A DNA stretch of 64,000 bases from Oculina patagonica. Lineage: Eukaryota. Location of the stretch: assembly GCF_052425735.1 (NCBI RefSeq), contig NC_135758.1, positions 38,502,001-38,566,000 on the forward strand, in the 5' to 3' direction. Under the pieces are notes generated by a model. That model made no database searches. It was not told the origin of the DNA and was given only the letters and a program-made list of their open reading frames with translations. The position numbers were made by a program, and so were the translations under genes. This document shows positions 22,902 through 36,600 of this stretch, in pieces. Every line of letters starts with the position of its first letter. Within the stretch, counting starts at the first letter, position 1.

Positions 22902-25900
22902 CTACATTAATTCAATATAAGCTGAAGGAACGTAGCCTTCGTCCTCGTCCTTTAACACTTTTGTCCAGCCACTGTTATCCATATCCTGCTCCAGAACAAC
23001 CAACACTTCTCCTTCATTCACTGACAGTTCACCTTCATTGGTTGCTATGAAAAGAAGTTGGTATGGCTTGAGTTTATTGTGGCAATAACAATTTTTATTG
23101 TTATATAGCTAAAAATGTTTTCCAACAGCGCGCGCTCTAGTTGGCTAATTCGAGGTCACATGACATCTAACAATAAAAACTTTTTCCCGCCAAAAGTCTC
23201 TTAGCGACGGGCAAAATTGCAGAATCTATGACGTGGGAGGGTAACATTGCAATGTCGACCGACGAGCGCCATTTTCTAAGCCTTCGTTGTGCTATATAAC
23301 AAAACAATTAATGACTGATCCCTCGGGAAACCAGTGTATAATGTAGCCTGCGCTGGATACATTGGAAGTAATATAACAAACACGAGAAACAGTGTTTCAT
23401 TGGAATATCCAAACACCGAGAAAACAGACGAAATTTGGAGTGTTTGGATAGCCGATGAAACACTGTCTCGAGTGTTTGATATATCTTCTCAATCGAAACA
23501 AAAACTACGGAGTAAACGGAGAAATAAAATAAATCTACCGGTATGCTAATAAAGACCGGGTATCCAAACCTTCCCTACGGTTATGATTGTCTTTGTTTTA
23601 ACTTGTTGAATTATTAATGAGTTGTAGAATTCTATGGCCAGTGCTCTAAAGTAGTAAAGTTATAAAGCTTATTTAGAAGAGAAAAATGAAGAAGTTTATT
23701 ACCTTGAAAATCATAAATTACTTTACATTGAAGCTCTTCCTCTTCAAACTCTTCCTCGTCATCAGGCTCCTCAGCAGGTGGGACCAGCAAAGCCGGGGGA
23801 GGGGCTGGTACGGGCGGGACCTGGGCTGGGGCCCCATCAGACATATCAGCAGCCGGTGCCGGGGGTGGTTGGGCCTTGACTGTCTTTGAGTACATTTCAG
23901 GAGCTGGTGGGGCATCCCTGTTCTCCAACGCTGCTTGGTAACACTGTCAAGGAAAGCGAAAAGGTGTTAGAGGAATATCACAATACTACAACAACAACAA
24001 CAGCAACAACAACCATTTTATTTTGCCAGAGATAAATATAAATAATTACACAAAAATAAATTAAACTAAAATAGGCCTTAAAACACTTCTCAATGCTAGC
24101 CCTCAAAATAAGTAGAAGGAAATGGAATAAAAATCTTAAGAAATACCCGGTTGATCTACGGAAATCTTCTGGACTCTTCCAATCATCTTCGGAAGTTTTC
24201 GGGAATCTCGGGCAAATTAACGAAAAATGCTCTTTGTCTAAACCATTATCAGAATTCCGTAAATTTGCCCTAGGTGTTATTTTACATTATAAATAGGACA
24301 CGAGATTGCCGAAAAAGGCACATGTAACTTCTAGTAACTAACCTGGAATTTGTGTAGGTCTTTATTAAGAGTATCAAGCTCTTTAGCATTTTCAGCAAGT
24401 TGTTGTTCAATGGTGTTTGGGTCGCCAAGAGATGGGTTCTGTCTGTAGACGTCAACCATTTTCTCCATACCTTCCCTGAAACGTAACATAATAACCCAAT
24501 CAAACTCCAAGTGGCTTTATGCCATAAATAAAAGCTCATGATATGCAGATTACTGTAATGTAGAAAAACTCAACAAGGCAGGAAACCATTCACGTTTGGC
24601 AGGAATTTCTCTCTATCGTGGGAAAAAAAAAACAAAAATAGTACAGTCAACTCTCGCCTTGCGGACACCCCGTTATTGCAGACACTCGCTATTACGGACA
24701 AAATCCAGATCCCCGGCGAAAGAGGTTTGACTGGAAATGACTCCCGCTATTTCGGACTCTCGCTATAACGGACACTAAACGACCCCCCGAGCGTGTCCGC
24801 TATAACGAGAGTTGACTGTAATAATAAAACAATTTCGAGTTGTTTTCGAGTGACTTTAACCGAGAAAGAAATCAGTTGTGTTTGCTTCATTCTGGATTTT
24901 CGTTTGGTGAGCTCTGTAATTGGTTTATAGAACTGTTGCAAAAGGCTTTCNNNNNNNNNNNNNNNNNNNNNNNNNNNNNNNNNNNNNNNNNNNNNNNNNN
25001 NNNNNNNNNNNNNNNNNNNNNNNNNNNNNNNNNNNNNNNNNNNNNNNNNNNNNNNNNNNNNNNNNNNNNNNNNNNNNNNNNNNNNNNNNNNNNNNNNNNN
25101 NNNNNNNNCCGGTCGGTTGGATGGTTCTACATGCAGCCTTCGTGACATAGCTAACTCAGCATTGAACAAATTACCTGGAGTTCTTGAGCTGCGCCACTTG
25201 TGAATCTAACTGTTGTACTTTCTTTTTAACCTGTCGAAGCTTCTGCCCAGGTGTTAAATTTTGATCATTTCCATCTAACCCAGCTTCACCATGCTGAGGA
25301 AACAATGTGTTAAGGTCATTCCATCGAAATAGAACCGACAGTAGATTTTCATTCAAATTTTGCCTATTACTTATTCATCTTAAGGGACTCTAAATATTTT
25401 AAAATAAAAGAGGGGCCCTGTATTCGTCAAGTTGCAGGAGGACCTTGTATACGTATATACCAAGAGAAAATAAATTCTTAACAATATCAGCTTCCAGAAA
25501 CATCATTATTTTAAACTCTCAATTTACGTTTCGTAGGAGCAGAGAAAATAGGGAAAGCAAAGCAAAGCAAAACGTAAAATATAAAAATAGATGTACAACA
25601 TCGACTTCAAGTAACAATTGACAGTGCACTGTAATTGAGGCAGAAAAACACCAAAAAGGAACAATGCCTACCAAAACTTTAGCTCTCCGCCAAGCTGACC
25701 CCGCCAGAGAAAAACAGATTTTAAATTATCTACATTTCAGTTAAAACGGACGTTTCACTTTAATCTTAAATTAAATGGCGCACGTTTTAAACATTTATGG
25801 GAGATTTGACTTTAATTTTTTCGAGAATGCTTTAGAATTTAATCACGGGGTCACTGAGACAAATGAACTTCGGTGAGATGTTTAAAAAAGTATATAAAAT

Positions 25901-27625
25901 GTTACCGTACGATGAGTAGGTTTTTGGTACTTAATTTTTGCACTCATTGCTTGAACTATGAGCGGAATCCATCTTAACACGCAAAAGTTTTATCCGCAGA
26001 CCTTCCATATTTCGTCCAGGCAGTTTAAGCGCGTCGCTTACAAGACGGAATCCTATGGAGTTTAAAGATATTTTCACGGCAGGAAACATGATTCCCAAAA
26101 TATTTGAACCTAGCATGTAATCATGCTTTCTAATAGGGAGCACAGGAAGAAATAAACTGTCAGCCATTCTTGCCGCTCCTTTCAGGGAACCTGTTCACAG
26201 GTTAATTTGAACCATACGGCAGCAACAGAAGGGTATTCACGAAGAAATAGCGAGATAAAACCTCGCGTTAAAATGGCTACCAATAATTACGAATGATATT
26301 CCTCTCCCCAGTAATAGTTAAACAAATGGAAATGAACCCTGATATAATGAAATCTAGTTAAAATAGCGAAAATAATTTGCCAGTCCCTTCGCCCTATCGT
26401 TATATCGAAGGTTCCACTGTATCGGGGTTTTGTTACATATATTTTACTCATAGTGGGGCAAAGAATATCGTTTGTTACACCGAGGACCGTGTTAAATCGA
26501 GGTTCCACTACAATCTTTTTCCGTTCTATCGTAGCCTGCGAGCAGGCTCTCTATTCGGGGGCAAAGTGAATATTGAACTCCTCGAGCGCCGAAGGCGCGA
26601 TACCGCGCTTTTGGCGCTTGAAGAGTTCAATTCACGTCGCCCCCGAAAAGAGAGCCTGCTCGCAGGCTATTTCTATCGTGAATGTTCTCTTCTGAACATT
26701 TCCAAGAGAGATAACGTCTGTAACTTATCCTTCTTTTGGAAAAGAGTTAATGTACTTTGTTCAAATTTACACGCACGCCAATTTCTTATTATCATAATTA
26801 TTTTCAGGGGTGGGGTGGATTGGAGTTTGGAAGCGGGAAGAACACCTGCTATATCTCACAACATAACTTAAAGAGCATCAATAAACTATACTCACTTTTT
26901 TCGCTTTTTTACTGAAAAAACCGACGCCACCTTTCTTCTTCTTGACTTTATCTACACTCACAGGTTGTCTTGTCAGAGTCTGTCCCTTACTACCATACTC
27001 CTCGAACTGAATATCCTTAGGCGGCTCATAAGCTGTTTTATTTTGTTCACAAAGTAGTTTGCTGTCCTAAGGTGGCAAAATTGGAGTTAAGTTTTCTGAA
27101 GACGGTAATATTGGCAAGCAGAACACCTGTATTACATGGCCCATTCTTCATTCACCTTAGGCGCTTAACTTACATTTCTGACGCATGAATCCAGGGGGGA
27201 GGGGGGCGACAGGAGCGGATCTTGGGGGGTGCGCACTCCCCCTGAGAGGACCTTCTCCTTAGTGATGCACCCCCTCCTAAGAAAAATCCTGGATCTGCCT
27301 CTTGAAGAGACTCCCATACAAAAGCGAAGGTGATGCTCGTCGGAAAAATAGAATTAACCCCCCAGCGGAGACCAATCTGGGCGTGGCTCAAGCTTTTTTT
27401 TGACCCCTAAAAGATACTATTTTAATGCCTTATCCGTCTAGGCCGACCAGATGCAACCCTAAACGAGATCTCGACGCGTGAAAATATTGGCGTTCTGTTC
27501 TAACACCGGAAGGGAGGCCACAATCCACAATAAAAATTTAAACCCCTAAGCAAGATGACTCTACGGGCATGAAGTTACTAGAGGTATTCTCAACTCTAGC
27601 ACCCTGTGATTTGTCAGGTTGTTCC

Positions 27626-27657
<32 letters not shown>

Positions 27658-30600
27658 GGTTCTTATTGCGCAAAATTCTCATGCGCACAGATAGGATTAA
27701 AAGGATAAAAACGATAAAAGCAAGAACGATGTTAGATACAGAAATTCAGTACTAAGAAAAAAAGAGTAAAAAATATACCTGGGTGGATTACTCCCCTATT
27801 CTGAAAACTAAAGATTGACTTCACTGCATTTTTGGATCATATCGACTTGACTCGACTTGTCTCGCCATGCCTCGCCTTATCTCGTGTCGCATCGTATCGA
27901 CTCGTCTCCTGCACTTAGTTTTCTCTTCTTTCGGGTTTACCTCGATGTAGTTAGAACCTGTGATGTTTTTCTGTTTTGGAGCTATGGTTTTCCTGCTCTG
28001 TTTTGTTTTGAGGTTCTTTGTTGTTTTGGTTGTTATTTGTTTTACCTCACCGATAAATTTCACAATCGCGTTGCAAGTTGCAACTGACATGTCACATGCA
28101 GCAACTTGTCTCGCAACGTTGCGAAAAGTAAAAGACAGCTCTTCTTTTCTTGCAACTTGCAATGCAACATTTTGTTGCGTTACAGGATGCAAAAGCGGTT
28201 GCATTGCAAGTTGCAAGTAAAATAACCAGTGTAACATGGCCTTTAATGCTGATTGTCTTTTTAAACATTTTGTCACCCAGCTTAGCTTTTACAGTTTTTC
28301 TTTGAAACTTATTAATGGCATTATCCATTATTAAATGTACATTTCAGATGAAATAATTTGATGTTCTTATTATCAGCTCACATACCTGCGGTCCATCGAC
28401 AGATTTTCCATTACCCTTAATGTTATCCAGGCATTTTTGTATTATAGGCATAATTTTTGTCTCTATATCAGCATACTCTACCAAAAGGTCACCAGTTCTC
28501 TGTATTCTGCGTTCATCCATTTTCTGTAGTTCCTGGAGATTTAGGCATGGAAAGTAAAAGTTGCATTAGGAACATGAAAAGGTTAAGTCCGTTCCTCTGG
28601 TTTCTTTAACATGAGGTGACTAGAAGCCTTGTTTCCCCCCTTGGATGGGATACTTGCCCATTGCAGGTTAACAATAAGTATGAAGTATTGCTGTACAACA
28701 GTTAAATTCATTATTTGAATTTTGACTTGCCCTTTGGGATTGCCAAAATTGTACAAGGCTTGATGATACACACAAAAATGTCCAATAAAATATACGTATT
28801 GTAAGTTGATGACAAATACTGCTGGTATACATACATCAAACACTGCTGGCATTTCATTGCTGTAGTGCAAGGTTTGTTTGCTATTTGTCTGTTCCAGCTG
28901 ATTCCTGTAATCTTCCCTTGCTCTCTCGCATGCCTGACCTTTCTCCATTGATATAGTTTTGTACTAAAATACGTAAACAAAACATTGTTATTATTTTTTG
29001 GAGTATACCCCACAGGACATTCGACAGAACAATAATTGTATTATTTCCACAAACTATATGTCTTATGTCCACTACAAAATTATTCTTGAGGACTTTCAAA
29101 AATTGAGGAAATTTCTCAGTTGTAATTCTTCCACATAATGGATGGTGAAGCAGCAACAACAGACTAACAAAGGGTGAAACTTGGAGCAGTGCGTCCCTCC
29201 AGCTTGTACCCCACATGACTTCTGTACCTACGACACAGCTGTTTCCTCCGTTGCACTTACCCCTCCTTGGAACTCATGTCTTGATTTTGGATGGACAATA
29301 TTTTGCAAACCAAGTCACTTAATTTTGATCATTTTGTGAAACTAATTAAAGATTCCACCAGCAATTTTGCAACCTTTAAGCAAAATGCAAAAATGTGATG
29401 TTGCAAAAAATACCTTCATGACAGTCTATAAATTAAATTTAAAAACACCATTTCTTTTACCTTTTCAATCTGTAATCTAGAATTAGCCATGTCTTGATCA
29501 GCTTTCTGGAAGGCCTGCAATGCTTGGTCAGCTTCTTCACTTGCCTTCATAAAAGATCTTTTACTCTAGAAGGAGCAAAAATACAACAATGAAGCTTTTC
29601 TATACCAGGAGCAGGGAGCAGGGGGAGGGGAGGGGGCGGGGGGGAGGGCCCCCCCCCCCCCCAATGGGCCGGGGGGCTTCCCCCCCCCCCGCGTTTTGGG
29701 GGGGTTTTTTTTTTTTTGTTCCCCCCCCCCCCCCGGTTTTTTCTCCCTGTTCCTCTCCTTCCCCCCCCCCAAAAAACCCTTTTTCTCCCGGGCCCCGCGG
29801 GCGGTGTCAGGAATTCCCCAAAAAAATTATCATGTCATTTATTAAAAGTGTTTGTGATGAGAAAGTTCTCAGTCAAGCTTTATTATTGCTACATTAATTA
29901 CTTGGGAGAGTTAATGTATACAAAGTTGATTAGGAGCAGTAGTTGCATAATTATCCAGTGGATAAGTCCCTTTCAGTGTATAAAATTTCAAATGATTGTA
30001 CATGTTGTGGTTTTTTTTTTAGTTCAAAATTTTTCAAACCAGTTTGATTTTCACATTTCATTGTCTCATATTCATTATCATAATCTGAAACAATGAGAAA
30101 TAAAAATCAAACTGGTTTGAAAAATTTTGAACCAAAGATAAATTTAAACCACAACATATACACCAACTTATACAATGTACAGTCAACTGCCGATAACTCG
30201 AACCTTCAAGGGAAATTGAAAATGGTTTGAGTTATCGGGAGTTCGAGTTATGGGAAGTTGAGAACAAATGAATGGAAATAAGGAAAAAGCGGTGTTGACT
30301 GATTTTCCATCCATACAGTGTTGACCAGTGTAAATTTTAAACAAATTTAATTTGAGTATAGAAAAGCCAAAAGAAAAGGGAACAATATATTTCTACATCA
30401 CTGTTTAAACCAGAACGTGACGTAACATAAAACAAAGCGAAATCAGCTGCGAACGCTGTAGGTTTCAAAAAGAACAACACTATAGGCTGCTGCTGCAGAG
30501 TTTATGCAATTTACTTTTTGGAGCAATGGTCAATTAATTCGTCCTGGCGTTTTCTAAGGTTGAATTTAAAGGAATAGGTATAAACCTCCACAAACAAACT

Positions 30601-33600
30601 GAATGTCTGTAGCATGTAAAGCTACATCAATGGCGTGGCACAGTTTGTGTTTTGAGGGGCGTTTTGGGAACGTCTCTGACACGTGTACATTTTGTATTTC
30701 AAAATAAATAACAATGTTTTGGGCTACAGTACAGTAAATGTATGAAATCGATTTTGGTTCGGGTTAGCGAAAGGTTTGAGTTAGCGAGGGTTTGAGTTAT
30801 CAGAAGTCGGCTGTACAATCATGAAATTTATGCTGAATTAAGTTATCTGCTCTTGGAATAATGATGATGATGATGACAATGGATATATATTATGAATAAT
30901 TATTAATAATTATCTATAAACTCTTTTCTTCTCAAGAGTTGGAAAACAGACTTTTTCCATGGAAACCACATTTTGCACTTCTGGAAATTCATCTTAAAAG
31001 AGTTGATATGTATTTTCTGTATTAAACAGAATAATTATTAGCTCATTCTGCTTACAGCTTCTAAAGCTTTCATTGACTGGTCTAAGAGTTCTTGAACTCT
31101 CTTGCCCTCTGAAAGATGCTGAAATGATAGAAAAAAAAAAACAGTAAGTTAACATATCATCTTTCAATATGTTGATGTTGCCAGCAAATATGATTAAAAC
31201 TATAGGTATACTAAATGGTCTGCCATTGGAGTATGCAATTGAGTAGTGAAGTGCAGGTAATCAAGTCTAACTCTTTTCTTTGTTTTGAAAACAAAGCATG
31301 GATAACACTTTTGTTAAATGTTACAAAAACCAACTGTTTCAGGTTGAAAAGAACAAAATGATGATACATTATGTATAATCTTGGTAGAAATATATTAAAG
31401 GAGATATTATTCAGTGAAATCACAGTAACCAAGCTTAAGGTCGCGCAGGACCCTTGAAATCATTATGTATGTATTTATTTAAAGAGTATGCACGAACTGC
31501 GACGACTGAAGCTGACAACAAACAAAATATTCATGAGAATTTTTTTTCTCAGAGTTCTTTGTACAAGTAATTACACGGTATTGTTCTCAGCCTCGCATCC
31601 CGTGCACTGGAACATAGTGAATTATCATAATTAGATTCACAGCTTTAAATAAAGCACACGTTGTTGTAAACATCGACTCGGAAGGTCTTCGGAAGCCTCA
31701 AAACCTGCAATTTTGTGTCCAAGTTTTCTCCGCCGATATAGAATTTCAAGAGTTGATTCGCGAGGAACATAAACTTGGTGTACTCTATTGTGTTCTGGCT
31801 AGAGCGAATTTTTAAATTTCCTTCTCAAAATGAAGAGAGCATGTTTCAAAGTTTAGATTTCACATTTTTACTCTCTTAGAAGCCATTAACTTGTAGCAGT
31901 TTTTGAAATTGAAAATTTCGTTCTAGTGGGAACACAAAAGAAGTTACGATTTATCACTAGGCTATATAATCATTTAATTTGGTGCGCTGTGCTAGCTGAA
32001 AACTTGGACACAAAATCGCATTATCTTCAGTTAAACTTTTAAGGGCTTGTAACATCACAGACAACGGTCATCTTTCAGTAAAAGGACAATCATGATGTAA
32101 TTCCATCATCCCTGGGTATCCTTATTAAATTTTAGAGGAATCGATATTCAAAATGTAGTGAATTAAAGCTTTACAAGACAGCACTCCAACAAGAAATTTG
32201 GCTAATGAATATATTAATGAGCAAGGGTCCTGCGCGACCTTAACATACATTGTACCATCTTTTCTGTCCTTCCACACAATTTCCAGTAGTAACAAAACTA
32301 ATCCTAGCAGCATTAGGGCTCAAAAAAAGTGTCGTCCAGTATTCCAGGATAAGTAGATTTAACAACTTGAAAGCATTGTATTGAAAGTACCGGTAGTCAC
32401 AACTTATCACCTTTCAGTCATCAACATTTGGAGGGTTGTTAAATAAATCTACAAAATTTCCATGCTCAAATAAGACATGCACTGTACCTTTCTCCTGTCA
32501 GCCTTCAGTTCAGTATGCAGCAAGTGCAACTCCTTCCATATCTTTTCTATTAAAGTCTCTGATATCAGCTCATGTTGACCTGCCAAATCATCTGTCTCTT
32601 TCACTACACCAATAAAAGCTTTTTGAAATGTAAATCTGGAAATGGTGACATCCATATAATCAGTAAATACTGTTACAACCAAAGGATAAAGAATATGTTA
32701 ATCACTATCTACAAATGTTTGAACTATGACAGTTTTCCTAAGTATCTTAAAGACATGCTTACTTTGCGTCAGTCTGAATACTCTTTAAGAGGAACTAATA
32801 TTTTATCACTATGTAAACCTGTTACAACTACTTATGGCCTCAACTCTTTTCGTTATTTTGCATCTAAGGCCTGGAACTCCTTACCTAATAATGTAAGATC
32901 TGAACCTACTTTAACTGGTTTTAAAAGACTCCTAAAAGGAATCTCCTTTCAGGCATAATGGTATATCTTAACATTTTTTTTTTTTTTTTTTTTCATGTAA
33001 ATAGATGTAAATAGATTTTAAATGTAAATTTTCATTTTTTCAATTTTTGTTTCTCGAAGATATTAGCCTTTTTCAGGCTACTCTACAATTCGAGTTTAAA
33101 TAAAGTTCATGTTATGTTATGTTATGTTATTTGCATCTAAAGTGGAATCCCGATTTTGCGAACCTCCCAATAACTCAACCCAAACGTTGTTTCTATTGGA
33201 TTTGCCTTATGCAATTTTATCCTGGATTTTTCAGGTGAACCTACCGGTAATCGGAAGAATAGCGACAGAAGAGCGCTATATTTCATTCAGGATTGCTTTT
33301 GGTTAGCTCTTACTTGTTGGTTAGGGTAAGCTTTCATATTGCCCAAACAAACAAATAAAAGCTGACCAAAAGCAAACCAGGGTGAAGCTAACCACAAGCA
33401 AACTGCGGTGAAAATTAGTGCCACTCAGTCATTCCTGACACCATTCCGCCGAATAGGGTCACCGGATTTTTCAAACTCTTGAATTCTCAAACCAATTTTC
33501 GTTTCCCTTGGAGTTTCGCCAAATCTAGATTCCACTTAACCACTTGGTGCAAATTTTATTATATGGCAAGCACTTCTCAAGCTGATAAATTAAGTTCTTT

Positions 33601-36600
33601 CACTGGATTTTTCATTATGGACCACAGCAATGTTGTCAGTGTACAGGAGATCAAGGAGTAGCCTAGTGTTTTTATTTAGGGATCTACAGAGGTTTCTGAA
33701 AAAGTCTTGAGACATTCTCCAGTTGTAATGTTCCCAAATTGATAAACATTCAGGTTACCTTTTGAGTATCTTTTGGAATCAGGCACAATCAACTTACTTG
33801 GGCTGCGATGATACATTTTTTCAAGATACAATGTACAATGCACAACTCGATACAAGCGCCATGATAAGATACACACATGATACATGACATGAAATTTTTT
33901 ATTTTCATTCATTATGAAGCTAGCTAGCATGCTATGAGAAGTGAAGTTGCCACAAACTGAGTTTGGTTCATGGGCACACAAGGCTGGGTCAGCTGACATT
34001 ACTTAATTATTGGAACTATACTATGCATGCATTTGTGCCACCATCTTGAAAAATTTATCGTTGAAAGCATGCAAAGCAATATGAAGCAAGGATGGAACTT
34101 TTTTAATCCTGTTGTTTAAAAAGGCTTGGATTTGGGTAAGGAGTCATTAAAGGCAGTAACTTCTGAATATTGATAAAAAAATATTTTATTGTTCACCAAT
34201 GTGTGGTACCAGAAAATGCCAATACCCCCCCCCCCCCCACAGAGGGGATTGGAAATACATGTACCTGGGGGTAAGAGGGGTCTCAAAGGCCAAAAAACTT
34301 TAAGGAAATGTATGAAGGTTAATTGGAATTTCCAGAGGGGTTTGGGGGACTTCTGTGGGGGAGGTATGAATAATTTATGAAACTACACAATATTGTGATA
34401 AATTATGTTGTTCAAATATTGAATGATATTCATATCACTGCAGTACTACAACTTACGGATATTCTTCCTCCTTTTTCTTTGGGCAAAATGTCTTGGCTAG
34501 TTTTCTGTGAAGTAACAAGAAAAGATTGAATGTAAAATGAACCTGAATGCAAGCATAATGCAAAGTGCCTCCCTCGTTTAACATACGTGCACACTTTAAG
34601 GCTGTCATTAAGTTTTTAAGCAGCTGTTACATTGAGGTTACCACCCATGGATTGCACTTCACTCTGTATGCAAATGAAACATAACAGTCGACATCTTCAC
34701 CCACAACACTGAGTGAACTCAGCCATAACAGGTGTCATGTGTTATGGCCCTTAATGACAGCCCTAAACTTGGTCCTGATTAACTGATTAACAAGTTAGGG
34801 CCCGGACGCACTGGGCAAATTTTTGTTTATTTTGCGAAAAAATCTGTCACCAGTTCCGTGAGACAAGTGCGCCCGGTGATTTTCAGATCTACCAAATTTT
34901 ATCAAGCCTTACCAAACTTCAAAGGCGCCGTCGTCCTGCCTCGGAGCAGGACAAATTTTTGTCAAGCGCCAAATCTGACAGATTTTTCAATTAACACGCC
35001 TTAATCTATAGGAAAACGTCAAACAAGTATTTTTGATCTCGCTTTTCAAGGCAGATTTCCGCCAAAATATTTTATTTTTTCTCGACAGTTCGACATGGAG
35101 GACGGCAGAGATACATACATACATACAACAACTATAATATATATATGGCTCGCAAATCTTCTTTCCATTACACCTCCGGTATGCAAGTACTCCTGGCTTG
35201 GCACAATTTTCAAACCGCCCGAGTACAAGTACCGCTGCTGATCAAAATGAAAGCGCGGCGAGTCAAGACTATTGAATTGTACTAAAAGCGAAAAATACGG
35301 CTCTTATCGGCCGGAAAGTGAGACTCTTTTTAGCGAACGGAAAGTTATCGAAGGTGTACGGTTTTAACATGATTGACACTTTGTGGTTAACAAATAATTT
35401 GGTGTTTTCAAGTGCGTCCACGATTGCCAAATTCAAAATTTGGTAGAGACAAAATTTGTCGAGATTTTTGGTAGAGCCAAACAAATTTTGTCAGTCCAGT
35501 GCGTCCGGGCCCTTACAGGAAATGTGCATTAGGCTTTAATTAATACACATATTTTGTAATTGCAGCCCTCCAAGTTAAGACCATTTTAGTCGCCACGGCG
35601 ACTAAAGTTTTGGAGCTAGCGACTAAATTTGAACCAAGGTCGCCAGCCTGGCAACTCAAATTGAGAGGAATGATTGAAAGCATCAGTTTAATTTGGTGAC
35701 TAAAATTTTTTCACTGGCGACCAAAACTTGAATAATAATTAATAATAATTAATGGACTTATATTGCGCAAGTATCAATCAAGGATTTTCACTTGCGCATT
35801 ACAATACAGTAGAACCCCGTTAACTCGAACTCGGATAACTCGAACAACCCCGCTAACTCGAACACACTTCCATTTCCCTGGGATTTGAACTCACTTTTCA
35901 GTCATTTTTACTCGGTTAACTCGAACTCGGATAACTCGAAAACCCCGCTAACTCGAACTAAATTTTGTTTCCCTTGATCAAAATTTGGGTCAAATTTACC
36001 CCGATAACTTGAATCCCGGTTCTTGCAACTCACACCGGTTGCCCATTTATTAGAGTAACAAAACAGATCACGTATTTGACAGCCTTTTTCCACTCTTATC
36101 CTAAGAATTTATGATCTTGTTAGAGTTTCTGACGAGATTTTTCTGTAAAATTAGTAAACTATCAATTATTAACTTGGCAAATTAAATATTCAATCTACCC
36201 CGATAACTCGAAACCCCGCTAACTCGAACGGTTTTTCGTTTCCCTTCAAAGTTCGAGTTACCGGGGTTCTACTGTATTTATAAAAATATAAATTACTAAC
36301 TGGCCCTAAAATTAATAAAAATACTAAAATACATGATAAGTGTAAAATTATATTCAATAAAAAATAAAAATTAGCTTAAAAACGCCTTCTGAAACAAATG
36401 AGTCTTACTAGTTGGCGGCCAAATGGCCACTAAGGAAAAAAATAAACTTGGAGGGTTGAATTGCATTTATAATGTTATTTTAATTCTTAGGCATGTACAC
36501 CGGTAGATGAAATATTTTGCACGTAACTGAGAGGAAATACATTTAAATTTTCAGGAACCAAGTAACCTTTATTTTTGGGATAACTTGTCGAATACAACAT

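Larger units (their letters stand above)
35563..36458. mobile_element. hAT-like non-autonomous element with 5-bp TSD (AATTG), containing nested insertions
   Basis: TIR CAGCCCTCCAAGTT / AACTTGGAGGGTTG, AATTG on both flanks, internal GCGACTAAA subrepeats. Confidence 0.75.

Noticed and set aside
24747-25169. ORFs spanning the N run
   Set aside because: Artefacts of translating through the gap.
29605-29825. G/C homopolymer-rich ORFs
   Set aside because: Looks like low-quality homopolymer-smeared sequence of a repeat in an intron.
31435-32043. Second Kolobok-like element
   Set aside because: A TTAA-GG start and an internal inverted ttttgtgtccaagttttc are present, but no matching right TIR was found.
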